Source of the DNA: a virus
Virus record (IMG/VR): IMGVR_UViG_3300045988_154953
Reading direction: 5' to 3' (one strand)
DNA length: 64,000 bases
The translations under genes were made by a program, and so were the position numbers. Below the pieces are notes generated by a model that ran no database searches, was not told where the DNA came from, and was given only the letters and a program-made list of their open reading frames with translations. Position 1 is the first letter of the stretch, and every line of letters starts with the position of its first letter. Of the stretch, positions 35,581 to 45,900 are shown piece after piece.

Positions 35581-38235
35581 TTACATATGTAAAACAACAT
35601 TACCTCGGCCATCGTCCATTACAGATATATTTTCTCCTAAAATATTTGTTGTTCCATCCGCATCATTTACAGTAGATTCTCTTGTGCTATTTACAACAAC
35701 ATTTCCGTCATTGTTAGATACAAGAGTTGAGACATTGGCAGAAGCTGTACCACAATCAAGAATAAGAACATTATCTCCATTTACAAGATAATCTGTATTA
35801 ACAGAAGATACAGGAATAGATATATCTTTAGTTCCGTCAAATGCCTGAGCAGTACCATTAACACCGCCACTAAGACTAATATTTCTTGCTGTTGTCAACT
35901 GATCTGCCTTTGTCGCTTTTGAGGCTGTAGAAGCATTACCGCTTAAGTTACCCTTGAATGTAGAAGCAACAAGTGTTCCTGCTGTAGTATCCAGGTAAAC
36001 GCCTGTATCAAAAATCTGAGTACCAGTGTTTGTTGTAGCGTTTGTTGTACCTGTAACGTATGCTTTTGTAGTTGTGTTGAGTGTGTTTGTTACCTTAGTA
36101 TCTGTATTAGTATCTGTATTGATATCACCAACTAATTCGTAGTTTGTACCATCATATACAAATTCATAAATTCTCTTAGCAGCAAGAACACCAGTAGAAA
36201 TAATAGCACCTCTGTACATAATTGCCTTAGCACCAGTGTTATTGATGTTTAGAGTTGGAGAAGCAGCAGTATTTGTTACTGTAAACTTAACCATTGCTTT
36301 TGCACCTGTAGCAAGCGTGAAGCCTGTTAAACTAACTACTTTTGCGGCAACAGCAGCCTCAGTGTTACATGTACCATAATGTGTAATAGCATCTGTACCA
36401 TTGAAAGATACGCCATCTATTGTTCGTGCCGTTTGTAATTTAGTTGCACTTCCTGCGTTACCAGTTATGGTAGAAGGAGCAGCAGGCATTGTCATTGTAG
36501 TTGTACCCTTACCTGTAATATGACCCTGAGCATCATATGAAACAGTAGGCACTGTAAATGTTCCACCAAATGCTAAAGTTTTACTAGCATCGCCCTGAGC
36601 TGTACCTGCGGTTACACTATTTGTATGCTTAATAACAGTGCCGTCTACTTTGATACCTGTGTTTGCTGTATAAGTTGTATCTTTTGCGGAGATAGTGATT
36701 TTCTTGTCAGTTGCATCTGGTGTAATTGTAACATTAGAACCTGCAACTACGTTTAAAGTGTCTGTTTTTGTTCCAGCTGAAACAGTAGTGGAGCCAATAG
36801 TTACTTTACTAAAAGCATTTTGATTGACTTCTGCACCTGCTGCAATACCAGAGAGTTTTGTTCTTTCATCAGCTGTAATATGCACATTACTATTACCAAC
36901 ATGATCAGAGATTGTTTTGTTAACAGTTGTAATTTGATCATCAACTAATACTGCAACTGCCTTAGATGTTGGAAGTTTAGTTGAAGTTGAGCCAGATGCA
37001 ATAGAAGAATCAATCTGTTTTGTAGCTGCTTCACCTAAAATAATAGAGCCAGTTTTAGCAGAAGTAGTCAAATTTTGTGTTGTGGTACTATATGAAATTG
37101 TTGTTTCATTTTCATTACCAGATGGTACATAAGCCCAGTTATCTGCAGTTGCTTTTGGAGAACCACTTGTTAATGCAATGATTAAATCACCAACTTTACA
37201 TGCTGAACCAGCATATGTACCGGCTGTAATAATCTTGTATGTATCACCTTTTACAACGTTTGTAGTAGGGACTTCAGTAATTGTACCGTTTGTACCTAAT
37301 GTACCTTTAAATACCATTGCATCAGATGCGGCAATCTTAGATGTAATTTGAGAATCAACATACTGTTTTGTTGCGGCACCAAGATTTGCAGTAGGATCTG
37401 CATTTAACGTAACGTCTCCTGTAAATGTGCCACCAGATTTTGGCATAGCGTTATCTGCTTTTTTACCCTGTGTGGCTGTAGCGTATGCAGAACTATCTGT
37501 GTATGCTGCACTTCTAAGTCCCTTTACAGCAATGTTATCTGTAGCAGTACCATCAACGGTAAGTTTTACTGTACCATTGTTTGTACCAGAAGCTAAAGAT
37601 ACAGAACCAACTTTACTATCAGCGGTTTTCTGAGCCGCAGCAGCTGCTTTGTTTGCAGTATCGGCCAAATCATAGGCTTTCTTAACAGCAGCAGGAGTAG
37701 CAGCAGTTGAAGTTGATGTACTTGCTACACCATCTGTTAACTGAACTAAACCTTTTTCAGATGTAGAACCATTTGCAACACCGATTGTTATTTTATCGTT
37801 TGTGACATCTGGAGTGATTGTTACGTTAGAGCCAGCGAGAGTTAATGTATCTGTAGCTGTATCAGCTTCAATTGTTGTATTTCCAACAACAACTTTGCTA
37901 AATGCGTTCTGGTTAACCTGTGCACCAGCAGAAATACCATTTAACTTATTTAACAGAGCTTCTGTAAACGATGCTGTAGTTGCATCAAGAATAGCTTTGT
38001 TGCTATGAGAGTGTTTAGAATCATTTAATCCCGCAATGATAGTATTGATTTCTTCTGGTGTAAGAGTCATATATTTTAAGTCTTTGTAAGTGTTTACACC
38101 GTCTCCGAGTTTGCATTTTCTAGAATCTTTCTCAATACATAATTCTCCAGCAAGAGGGATTAATGTGCTGGCAGCCCAATTTGCAGCTGTGTCATTTTTT
38201 AATATAATTCTAGTATTAAGAGTATTTGTGGCCAT
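35581..38235 (-). CDS. long tail fibre protein (Mtd_N-like N-terminus, internal repeats)
   Basis: The N-terminus is LNTRIILKNDTAANW..AGELCIEKDSRKCKLGDG. Repeated NQNAFSKV.(V/I)G.TT..A.T.TDTL...AGSNVTITPD units are present. Confidence 0.75.
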   Translation of the reverse strand: MATNTLNTRIILKNDTAANWAASTLIPLAGELCIEKDSRKCKLGDGVNTYKDLKYMTLTPEEINTIIAGLNDSKHSHSNKAILDATTASFTEALLNKLNGISAGAQVNQNAFSKVVVGNTTIEADTATDTLTLAGSNVTITPDVTNDKITIGVANGSTSEKGLVQLTDGVASTSTSTAATPAAVKKAYDLADTANKAAAAAQKTADSKVGSVSLASGTNNGTVKLTVDGTATDNIAVKGLRSAAYTDSSAYATATQGKKADNAMPKSGGTFTGDVTLNADPTANLGAATKQYVDSQITSKIAASDAMVFKGTLGTNGTITEVPTTNVVKGDTYKIITAGTYAGSACKVGDLIIALTSGSPKATADNWAYVPSGNENETTISYSTTTQNLTTSAKTGSIILGEAATKQIDSSIASGSTSTKLPTSKAVAVLVDDQITTVNKTISDHVGNSNVHITADERTKLSGIAAGAEVNQNAFSKVTIGSTTVSAGTKTDTLNVVAGSNVTITPDATDKKITISAKDTTYTANTGIKVDGTVIKHTNSVTAGTAQGDASKTLAFGGTFTVPTVSYDAQGHITGKGTTTMTMPAAPSTITGNAGSATKLQTARTIDGVSFNGTDAITHYGTCNTEAAVAAKVVSLTGFTLATGAKAMVKFTVTNTAASPTLNINNTGAKAIMYRGAIISTGVLAAKRIYEFVYDGTNYELVGDINTDTNTDTKVTNTLNTTTKAYVTGTTNATTNTGTQIFDTGVYLDTTAGTLVASTFKGNLSGNASTASKATKADQLTTARNISLSGGVNGTAQAFDGTKDISIPVSSVNTDYLVNGDNVLILDCGTASANVSTLVSNNDGNVVVNSTRESTVNDADGTTNILGENISVMDDGRGNVVLHM

Positions 38236-38318
38236 ATTTTCCTCCTTATTTTAATTTGTAGTTTCAGAAACAATAGACAATGAACCAAACCTATTTAAAT
38301 ATCAAATAAATTTAAATA

Positions 38319-38600
38319 TTAATCAGTACTATTACCACCATCTATCATGTCAATTTCGTTATAATCAGAACCAATGCAATAATATTTTATTTCATTATCA
38401 TCCCAACGATAGGTTTTATTTGCTGACTTATCTATATAAATATAATTTGAGTTACCAACATTTGGGAAGTTATAGATAGAATCATAATAAGTAATAATTT
38501 CTGAAACTTTTTTGTCAGTATAATCTTTTAAACATTCAACAATTTTATCTTTTAAATAGGAAGTACCGAGCAGATCTAGAAATTTCTTTTCCTCTGCCAT
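38319..38600 (-). CDS. hypothetical small fibre-associated protein
   Basis: The N-terminus KKFLDLLGTSYLKDKI resembles that of the 662-aa protein (IKYLDYVGLRQYDGLI). Confidence 0.55.
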   Translation of the reverse strand: MAEEKKFLDLLGTSYLKDKIVECLKDYTDKKVSEIITYYDSIYNFPNVGNSNYIYIDKSANKTYRWDDNEIKYYCIGSDYNEIDMIDGGNSTD

Positions 38601-38675
38601 TTATAAAAGCCTCCTTTCTTTGGAAAACATTGGAACATTATCTTATTTAATGATTTCTATATAATTTGGATGTTT

Positions 38676-38710
38676 ATATAAAATAAGAGTATAGAAATCT
38701 ATACTCTTAT
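38676..38710 (-). terminator. intrinsic terminator (minus strand)
   Basis: The stem is ataagagtatag / ctatactcttat (12 bp) with a 4-nt loop, followed on the minus strand by ttttatat. Confidence 0.65.
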
Positions 38711-38718
38711 TAAAAATA

Positions 38719-40707
38719 TTATATTTCCGCCGTAAATAAAGCATCGATATCCTCTTTGGTAATTGCTGTAATTGCCCCGACAGATTTCTGAAGTGCACTA
38801 ATGGCATCAGAATTTGATGTGATATTTTTTTCTGCGGTTGCTAATTTTGTATTCAATCCAGATATAGCGGTAGTATTTGTCTTTACTGCACCATTCGCTA
38901 ATGTATCTGTATAAGATTTTGCAGCAGTGAGTGTTTCTGTGTCTTTTCCATCAGCATAATCTTTAGCCTGTTTAAGAATACCAGTCGTTGGATTATTTAT
39001 AGCTGTTATTGCGTCTGTATTCTTTTTGATATCTGCTTTGATTTCTGTATCATTGTATTTGGCAGCTTCTTTAGCCGCATTAGCTTTTGCATCAATATAT
39101 TCAACGATTGTTGTCTCTTCACCAACAGGTGTAAATGTACCAACATATGTTTCAAGTGAATCTACATCTTTCTGTGCAGTGTCAGCAACTTTCTTTGCAT
39201 TATCAGCACTTGTTTTTGCTTCGCTTGCTGCTTTTTTTGCACCATAAACTGTATTTTTATCCGAAGTATCGCTTTCTGAACCTAATACTTCAGCAGCAGC
39301 TCCAGATCTATCATATGCTGAAGATTCTGTATATGCGGCTGAACCTAAGCCTTTAATAGCTACTTCTTCTCCATCCACAGAGATTGTTCCGTTTGTTTTG
39401 CCGGTTTTTATTTCTTGAACAGCACTATTTGCTTTAGTGAGAGATGCTTGAACTGTAGCTTCTAATTTATCTTTGGTTACATTTCCATTAGCAATCTTTG
39501 CTGTAGTAACAACTTCATTACCTAACTCTTTTGTACCGATAGATCCTTCAAGAAGTACAGCACTAATTTCTCTTGTTGAATTATCAACAGTAATTTGCAC
39601 TTGCGTTGCATTTGCTTTAGCGTTGTAAATATCAACTAATGAACCAACATTAATAAATAAAGGTTTTGAAGAATTCGCAATTACAAGTTTAATATACGTA
39701 CCTTCTGGCATATCTTCAGGATTGGTTACAACAGAACCTTCTTGTACAACAAGATCTTTCGGAATATCAATTGTTCCAATTGTATTCTCACCCTGTTTAA
39801 TTGTATAAGATTTTAAATAACCATCTGTTGTTTTACTTGTATCGATAGATATAAGAGCTTCTGTACCACCTGCCGAAACTGCAGCTCGTACCTCATTGAT
39901 AGCACTTACAAGATCAGTCTTTGCATTTGTTGCAAGTTTAGAAAAGTCACCTTCAGCGCCTTTGGCTCTTGTAACTTCTGCTTCAATACTACTTTTGTTT
40001 GCAGCAATACTTGCTTTTATGGCCGTGTCATTATATGTAGCTGCTTTTTGAGCGTCAGAAATCATTTCAACAACTGTTTTTCCTTCAGTTACGTTTCCAA
40101 TTTTTCCACTGATTTCATCCACTCCAGTTTTAGCTGTATTTGCAGTAGATTGTGCTGCTTTAGCGGCTGCTTTTGCACCATATACAGTATTGGCATCTTT
40201 ATCATCCATATCCGTACCAAGAATCGCATCCGCTGCACCTTTGACATCAAATGAATCAACATCTTTATAAGCAGCTGTCCCAAGATTTTTTACTTTAACA
40301 TCTGTACCATCTACAGAAATAGTACCGTTTGCACCACCAGTTGTAATTGTTTGTACAGCTGTATCTGCTTTCTTACCTTGAGCAGTTGTAGCAAAATCTG
40401 AAATTTTCTTTCCTGAATCAACAACCTGTCCATGTGCATCTAATGTAGCAATATTACCAGCTGTAGCTGATTCAACAAGTTTCATTACAGTACTTAAATC
40501 TGTTTCTGGAAGAGTGATTTGATAAGCAGGGGAGAGACCATCTGTAATTGGATCAGCTCTATAAAATTTGAGTACATGACCTTCAATAGATACAGCCTTA
40601 AAAGATTTTGCATCTACTTTAGTATCTGCTTCGTCAATATACTTTTTGATCAAACCATCATATTGTCTTAATCCGACATAATCTAAATATTTAATTGTTT
40701 CTGCCAT
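38719..40707 (-). CDS. fibrous structural protein with an internal duplication of about 140 aa
   Basis: Ala/Lys/Thr-rich coiled or fibre sequence. Two copies of ..NGTISVDG..V..K.LG.AAY....NTVYGAK.A...A.... Confidence 0.7.
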   Translation of the reverse strand: MAETIKYLDYVGLRQYDGLIKKYIDEADTKVDAKSFKAVSIEGHVLKFYRADPITDGLSPAYQITLPETDLSTVMKLVESATAGNIATLDAHGQVVDSGKKISDFATTAQGKKADTAVQTITTGGANGTISVDGTDVKVKNLGTAAYKDVDSFDVKGAADAILGTDMDDKDANTVYGAKAAAKAAQSTANTAKTGVDEISGKIGNVTEGKTVVEMISDAQKAATYNDTAIKASIAANKSSIEAEVTRAKGAEGDFSKLATNAKTDLVSAINEVRAAVSAGGTEALISIDTSKTTDGYLKSYTIKQGENTIGTIDIPKDLVVQEGSVVTNPEDMPEGTYIKLVIANSSKPLFINVGSLVDIYNAKANATQVQITVDNSTREISAVLLEGSIGTKELGNEVVTTAKIANGNVTKDKLEATVQASLTKANSAVQEIKTGKTNGTISVDGEEVAIKGLGSAAYTESSAYDRSGAAAEVLGSESDTSDKNTVYGAKKAASEAKTSADNAKKVADTAQKDVDSLETYVGTFTPVGEETTIVEYIDAKANAAKEAAKYNDTEIKADIKKNTDAITAINNPTTGILKQAKDYADGKDTETLTAAKSYTDTLANGAVKTNTTAISGLNTKLATAEKNITSNSDAISALQKSVGAITAITKEDIDALFTAEI

Positions 40708-40753
40708 TTTTCATCCTTTCCGTTCTATCATCGAGAACTATTTGTTGATATAA

Positions 40754-41353
40754 TTAAAAAAGACCGGTTATATCAGAACTATTTACGTTTGATAAATCAC
40801 CAGACTTTAAATATCCTACATCATTTTCTAAATCAGACATCTTTGTAGGGACGACAATTTCATTTTTTAGTTGTTCGTATAAATTTTTAATAGCTTTGGT
40901 GACATAATCCTCAGAAGTATATCTTTGAGATAACACCCACGATTGAGTTGCATATTTATCAAATTTAACTTCGTTAGAAATAAGATTTATGACATATGTA
41001 TCTATGCCATTCGCACCTAATTTTGTGATATATTTATTATTTTCATCGGATTCAATTAAAAACATTACTTTTTGTGAACTATCAAAAATTGTCTCTAAAT
41101 CACCACCAATTTGATATTGACCAGATATTAAATAAATACCGTTATCTAAATCTGAAAGCATGACAGGAGCTGTAATTTCTCCATGCTTATTAATAAATTG
41201 ACTGTAATATAATCGTTCATCTTTATAATCAAAAGCAATTCTTTCTGAATCTCTGATGAAAATTATTTGACCATTCTTAATATCTAAATTATTAATTCTA
41301 TCGGAGGTAGTAGTACATAGTGATAAAAATGTTTTATTTGTTTCAACTTCCAT
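40754..41353 (-). CDS. hypothetical structural protein
   Basis: ORF in the late operon. Confidence 0.6.
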   Translation of the reverse strand: MEVETNKTFLSLCTTTSDRINNLDIKNGQIIFIRDSERIAFDYKDERLYYSQFINKHGEITAPVMLSDLDNGIYLISGQYQIGGDLETIFDSSQKVMFLIESDENNKYITKLGANGIDTYVINLISNEVKFDKYATQSWVLSQRYTSEDYVTKAIKNLYEQLKNEIVVPTKMSDLENDVGYLKSGDLSNVNSSDITGLF

Positions 41354-41367
41354 ATGAAATACCTCAT

Positions 41368-41751
41368 TTAAAATTCTGCAATCTCAAGAGAAGAATGCAC
41401 TTCTTTAATGGCCGTTTCAAAATTATCTACCTTTTCTTTTATTTCTGTAACATCCGTTGGCTCTGACAATGGAATACATTTACTTTTCTCCTTATCCCAA
41501 ATATATCCATGCTTTTCAAAAATATAAACAACATTTTCATCACCACTCTCAGTTGGTAATTCGTCCACATGAATAATTTGGTCTTTATTTTGAGCTATGA
41601 CTTTATTTCCATCTTTATCAATCCAACCAATCCGAGCAACATCACCGTCTTTTAAAAATAAAATATCATATGCATCAATTTTGCCATCGGCAATTGCCTG
41701 ATCAACATTTGCTAATGACCCAAATGCATGTTTAGCTTTTAAATCCGACAT
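41368..41751 (-). CDS. hypothetical structural protein
   Basis: ORF in the late operon with an AAGGAGG RBS. Confidence 0.6.
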   Translation of the reverse strand: MSDLKAKHAFGSLANVDQAIADGKIDAYDILFLKDGDVARIGWIDKDGNKVIAQNKDQIIHVDELPTESGDENVVYIFEKHGYIWDKEKSKCIPLSEPTDVTEIKEKVDNFETAIKEVHSSLEIAEF

Positions 41752-41779
41752 ATTTTTCCTCCTTGTAAAATTTACAATT

Positions 41780-42469
41780 TTAAAATTCTACAATGTTTTG
41801 AACAGTTTCCAAATCATTAGTTCCATTTTTTGAATCTATATCTACAATTGGATCACCATCTTTATCACATTCGTCTTTAATTCGATTGCCAATTTCTTTT
41901 CCATCTGATGTAAGATAAATCTCATTGGTTTTTGCATCTTTTGCAATATTATCTGCTTTAGTTGATAATATGTTTTGAGTTTCTTCGATCATCTCTTCGT
42001 GAGCTTTCTGACTCATCATGATTTGAATAATTCTTTGATCAACTGCATCTAACATTGAATCTGCGATACTAGAACTCCAATCAGTACTATTTGATATATG
42101 TATTACACCATTAGTTGTTTTTCTCACATATTGAATATCTTTTGATTCTCCGTCCATTTCAACATTATAGAATTTAATTTCAAATTTCACGTCTCCTGCC
42201 TCAGATGTTAACCATGTATCTACAGGAATTAAATATTCAACATATTTATCTTTATAAAGTTCTTCAGATGGTGTTAAATCTTTTGGTTTCCATTCTTTAC
42301 TTATAGGTAATTGATAATACATAATCGCCTGACAATCGGACATATTGATTTCATTATATTTGTTAATAACAAATATCTGAATTGTATTAACCAACTTTGA
42401 TCTTTGTACAATTCGTTCAGAATTTGTCGTAGTTATATAGTTATCTTTGCCAATTAGAAAAGTATACAT
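41780..42469 (-). CDS. BppU_N-like baseplate or fibre attachment protein
   Basis: The N-terminal beta-rich domain resembles the N-termini of the 50190 and 42982 gene products. Confidence 0.55.
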   Translation of the reverse strand: MYTFLIGKDNYITTTNSERIVQRSKLVNTIQIFVINKYNEINMSDCQAIMYYQLPISKEWKPKDLTPSEELYKDKYVEYLIPVDTWLTSEAGDVKFEIKFYNVEMDGESKDIQYVRKTTNGVIHISNSTDWSSSIADSMLDAVDQRIIQIMMSQKAHEEMIEETQNILSTKADNIAKDAKTNEIYLTSDGKEIGNRIKDECDKDGDPIVDIDSKNGTNDLETVQNIVEF

Positions 42470-42490
42470 TTTCAGCCTCCTTCCTAAAGT

Positions 42491-42622
42491 TTATTTATTA
42501 TTGACTATATACTCGTATTCATCTTGATTTATTTTTTTATTACTTAAAAGTTCTTGAATTTTATTTAAATTAATTCGCTTATATTCATATAATCTTTTTA
42601 AACTCTGTACGAAAATACTCAT
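42491..42622 (-). CDS. small hypothetical protein (43 aa, below the track cutoff)
   Basis: It has an AAGGAGG RBS. Its ATG overlaps the TGA of the upstream gene (ATGA). It translates as MSIFVQSLKRLYEYKRINLNKIQELL.. Confidence 0.45.
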   Translation of the reverse strand: MSIFVQSLKRLYEYKRINLNKIQELLSNKKINQDEYEYIVNNK

Positions 42623-42933
42623 AATATTCCTCCTTCAATAAGCGAGAGAGTATAATTATCTATAACTTCTTGATACGTCATAAGATTTAATTTTTTAAGA
42701 TTATTGTATTCATAGATATTTATTTCTTCGATTTCAACCGTATCATATCCATCGACCGGAATAGTATGAAGTGATGTTAAATGCCAAGCATAATCGCCAG
42801 AAGAAGATAATATTGCTTGAGCATTTTCTTCATTAGATAAAAGCATACGATTATGTTTTTTCTGATATTTTAAAAAGACAAGTTTATCAAGAACATCTAT
42901 TACTTTTCCGTCTTTTAAAATTTTGTAATACAT
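42619..42933 (-). CDS. hypothetical protein
   Basis: The ATG at 42933 (MYYKILKDGK) follows GAGAGG. The track start at 42969 is less likely. Confidence 0.55.
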   Translation of the reverse strand: MYYKILKDGKVIDVLDKLVFLKYQKKHNRMLLSNEENAQAILSSSGDYAWHLTSLHTIPVDGYDTVEIEEINIYEYNNLKKLNLMTYQEVIDNYTLSLIEGGIL

Positions 42934-42981
42934 GATAACCTCTCTTTCAAATAATAGAGGCAGAAACATCTGCCTCTATGT

Positions 42982-45900
42982 TTAAATGTTCAATTCTATT
43001 ACAACACCATAAGATTCTGATGGTTGAGCAAATCCACTATAACTACCATCTGCTTTAACATAATAATAATAAGCAGCATAGCCAACATTAGGAGAACGAG
43101 TAATATAATCAACAGCTATATTGTTTGAATCTTTTCGGATTCTATCTTCATCATTGATCATATAATCAATTGGATCGTCTTCGTTAATATATGGTTCAGT
43201 TGATATAGTTGATGATCCCAATTCATAAATGGCTGGTATATACACATAGCAATCTGTTTCAGCAATGTTATTTTTATTATTTTTGTCCATATCAGCATAT
43301 TTCACTTTAACCTTTTTTACGAGTTGTTTAATTTGAACTGGTAAACCTTTGTAAAATCTTGTATTAAGCCAAGTACTTAATTGTGTTCTTCCCCATCCAC
43401 CTTCATTAGTATAAGAGTTATCTATCGATCTCTTAATGTTAAGTGTGTGAGAAGCTAAAAATGTCATGGATGATCGCTTTCCAGAACCATCGGAAAGATA
43501 TTTACGTTTAAAACCACACATTTGTACATTCACTTTTTCATGAATATATTCTGCAAGATTTTTACATGCTTCTTCGCCAAGATCCGTATACCAAAGTTTT
43601 GACCAATGAATAGTACCTTTAGCATAACGTTCATAAGAACCATCATCAGCTTTGACACAACCAAACACTAATGTAGAAGAAGAAATAGTAGATTTATTTC
43701 TTTCTAATTTAACCGTATTAACAGATGTACCGGAAAGATTTGACATGTAAACATGTAAATTATTTTCACCTTTAACATGTCTCAATACTAACATTTCTCG
43801 ATTGGTACTTGTTGCACATTGAGCAGAAGATGTACCCCATTGAATTTTTGGTGTACTGTTATATACTAATTTAAAACCATCACTACCATCTGATTTAAAA
43901 CATTGCATAAGAGTAGAGTTATTTGTATTTCCTGTAGCAAATTCAAAGTCTACTGCAAATACAAAATCTCGGTCAATGTCCATTATAGCAACATTAGTGT
44001 CGATATAATTATTCCCAGTAAACACTGTTTTTTCATTGATGAAAGTTTTACTTTGGATATCATCATAATCATAATCATTTCCGGTTGTAAAATTAAAATC
44101 ATCCATTAATTCAACGATGCTTTGTTCTATTCCAACTTTTGTCAATGCATACATTTCAACAGGTGTCATTTCCGATAAATCCTTATTATCGAAATATCCG
44201 CTTGAATATGAACATATATCAAACACAGCGTTAATCGTTTTATCACCATCTACATATCCAGATTTATCCCAACGATTAAAAAGATAATATTTATACGCAG
44301 TTTCCTCACCGGTATAAGTAGGAATATCACCTGTATAAAATACAGTAGTTCCATAAGGAGCACTTGTTTCTTGCATAACAGTAGATTTAGATACAAATTT
44401 TATCGTGTAATTTCGGATAGTTTTAGAATATGTCGCTGTAAAAATCATGTTCTCAAACATATTAACAAAATTAGTATCCCATCCTTTAAATGTGTAATTA
44501 TATTGAATCGTACTCTTTTGAGTAGGAGTTTCAATAGGATCAATTTCTCGTGTAATAGGATCTACAGGTTTATTACCTTTATCAACATATTGGATATCAA
44601 GAATTGTTCCATCTGTATTTTTGAATGTAGCTGTAAATTGTTCAATAATGGAATCATAAGTTACATCTAAATCATTCCATGCATCATTATATCTTTTAAG
44701 TTCTTGTTGTCTTATAACTGGTACATGAACATTACCTGTCAATACAGATTGATCAGCGTTATATCCATTTTTATCAATACCACCCATTTTATAAATACGT
44801 TCAAGAAGAGAAGTATTATCAAGCTGCCAATCTATACCAATGATTCTTGCTCTGTTAATTCTAGGAGATTTTTCAAGCAAATCTTTTACATTGATTGTGT
44901 TACAGTTTTCTAAGATAACTGTGCTAATTGAATCGTATCCAGCAATAGAAAGATTGGTTAAATAAATTAAGTTTCTCATGTTTATAGAGGTGAGGGTTTC
45001 CGGTAAAAGAGCAGTTCTGATATTACCGCCATTTGCAAATAAAATACCTCTTAATCCTGATCCTGTTGCATAAAATTCTCTAAGATTCATACATTTGGAA
45101 AGATCCAAACTACTTACTAAATTAGGTGTATTTCGAACATCCAATTTTTCAAGAAGTTTATTATTCCCAATGACAAGATTTGTTAAGAATGTATTAGAGT
45201 AACCTGTAGTTGTGTTACCAACAATTAATTCCTTTAATCTTTCTGCTTTTGAGAAATCGTTATCATGGATATAACATGCAGATACATCACCAACAGATTG
45301 AATTCTAGATGCACCATAAATTAATACAGCAGTATCATCCATTGTACTATATGGGCATGTGATATTATATTGTCGACCAGCTTTTGCACGTATCTGAGTA
45401 GGAGATGAGTTACCAAACATAACTGACAAATACATATCAGAGAAAGGTGTTAAATGAAGAGTGTAATCAGGTTTAACAATAGCATCTTTTGGAGTATTAC
45501 ATCTAAACATAATTTGATCAGATGTAATTGTATTACCAATGAACTTAGTAGCCATATAAACTTCTTGGTCACGTTCGAATTGTCGTCTTTGGTATTTCTT
45601 TTTGCCGTTCATCATCTGTTCAAGGAATCGAGTGTTTCCATCTCTATATGGACGTTCGTATTTACGTACATAGTCAATTCGCCATAATTCTTCTGGCCAT
45701 TCATTTTGTATCTCGTCAAATTGATTAATTAACGAAGATGCACTCCAGCAGTTTTTACTTTCGCGTGATATATATGTCTTTTGTAAATCTGATTTCATTA
45801 AATCACGAATTCTACAGAAGAATACTGATTCAGCTGCATTAAATATATATCCAGATGATGGATCTCCATCTGTACGATAGTCAGTATCTTCCTTACCATA

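Noticed and set aside
28729-36102. Shufflon-like invertible fibre tips driven by the second tyrosine recombinase
   Set aside because: The shared 59-nt module is in direct, not inverted, orientation. I found no short inverted crossover sites in the fibre genes.
30070-38235. Diversity-generating retroelement, prompted by the Mtd_N-like N-termini of two fibre proteins
   Set aside because: There is no reverse transcriptase gene and no TR/VR repeat pair with adenine-specific differences in the window.
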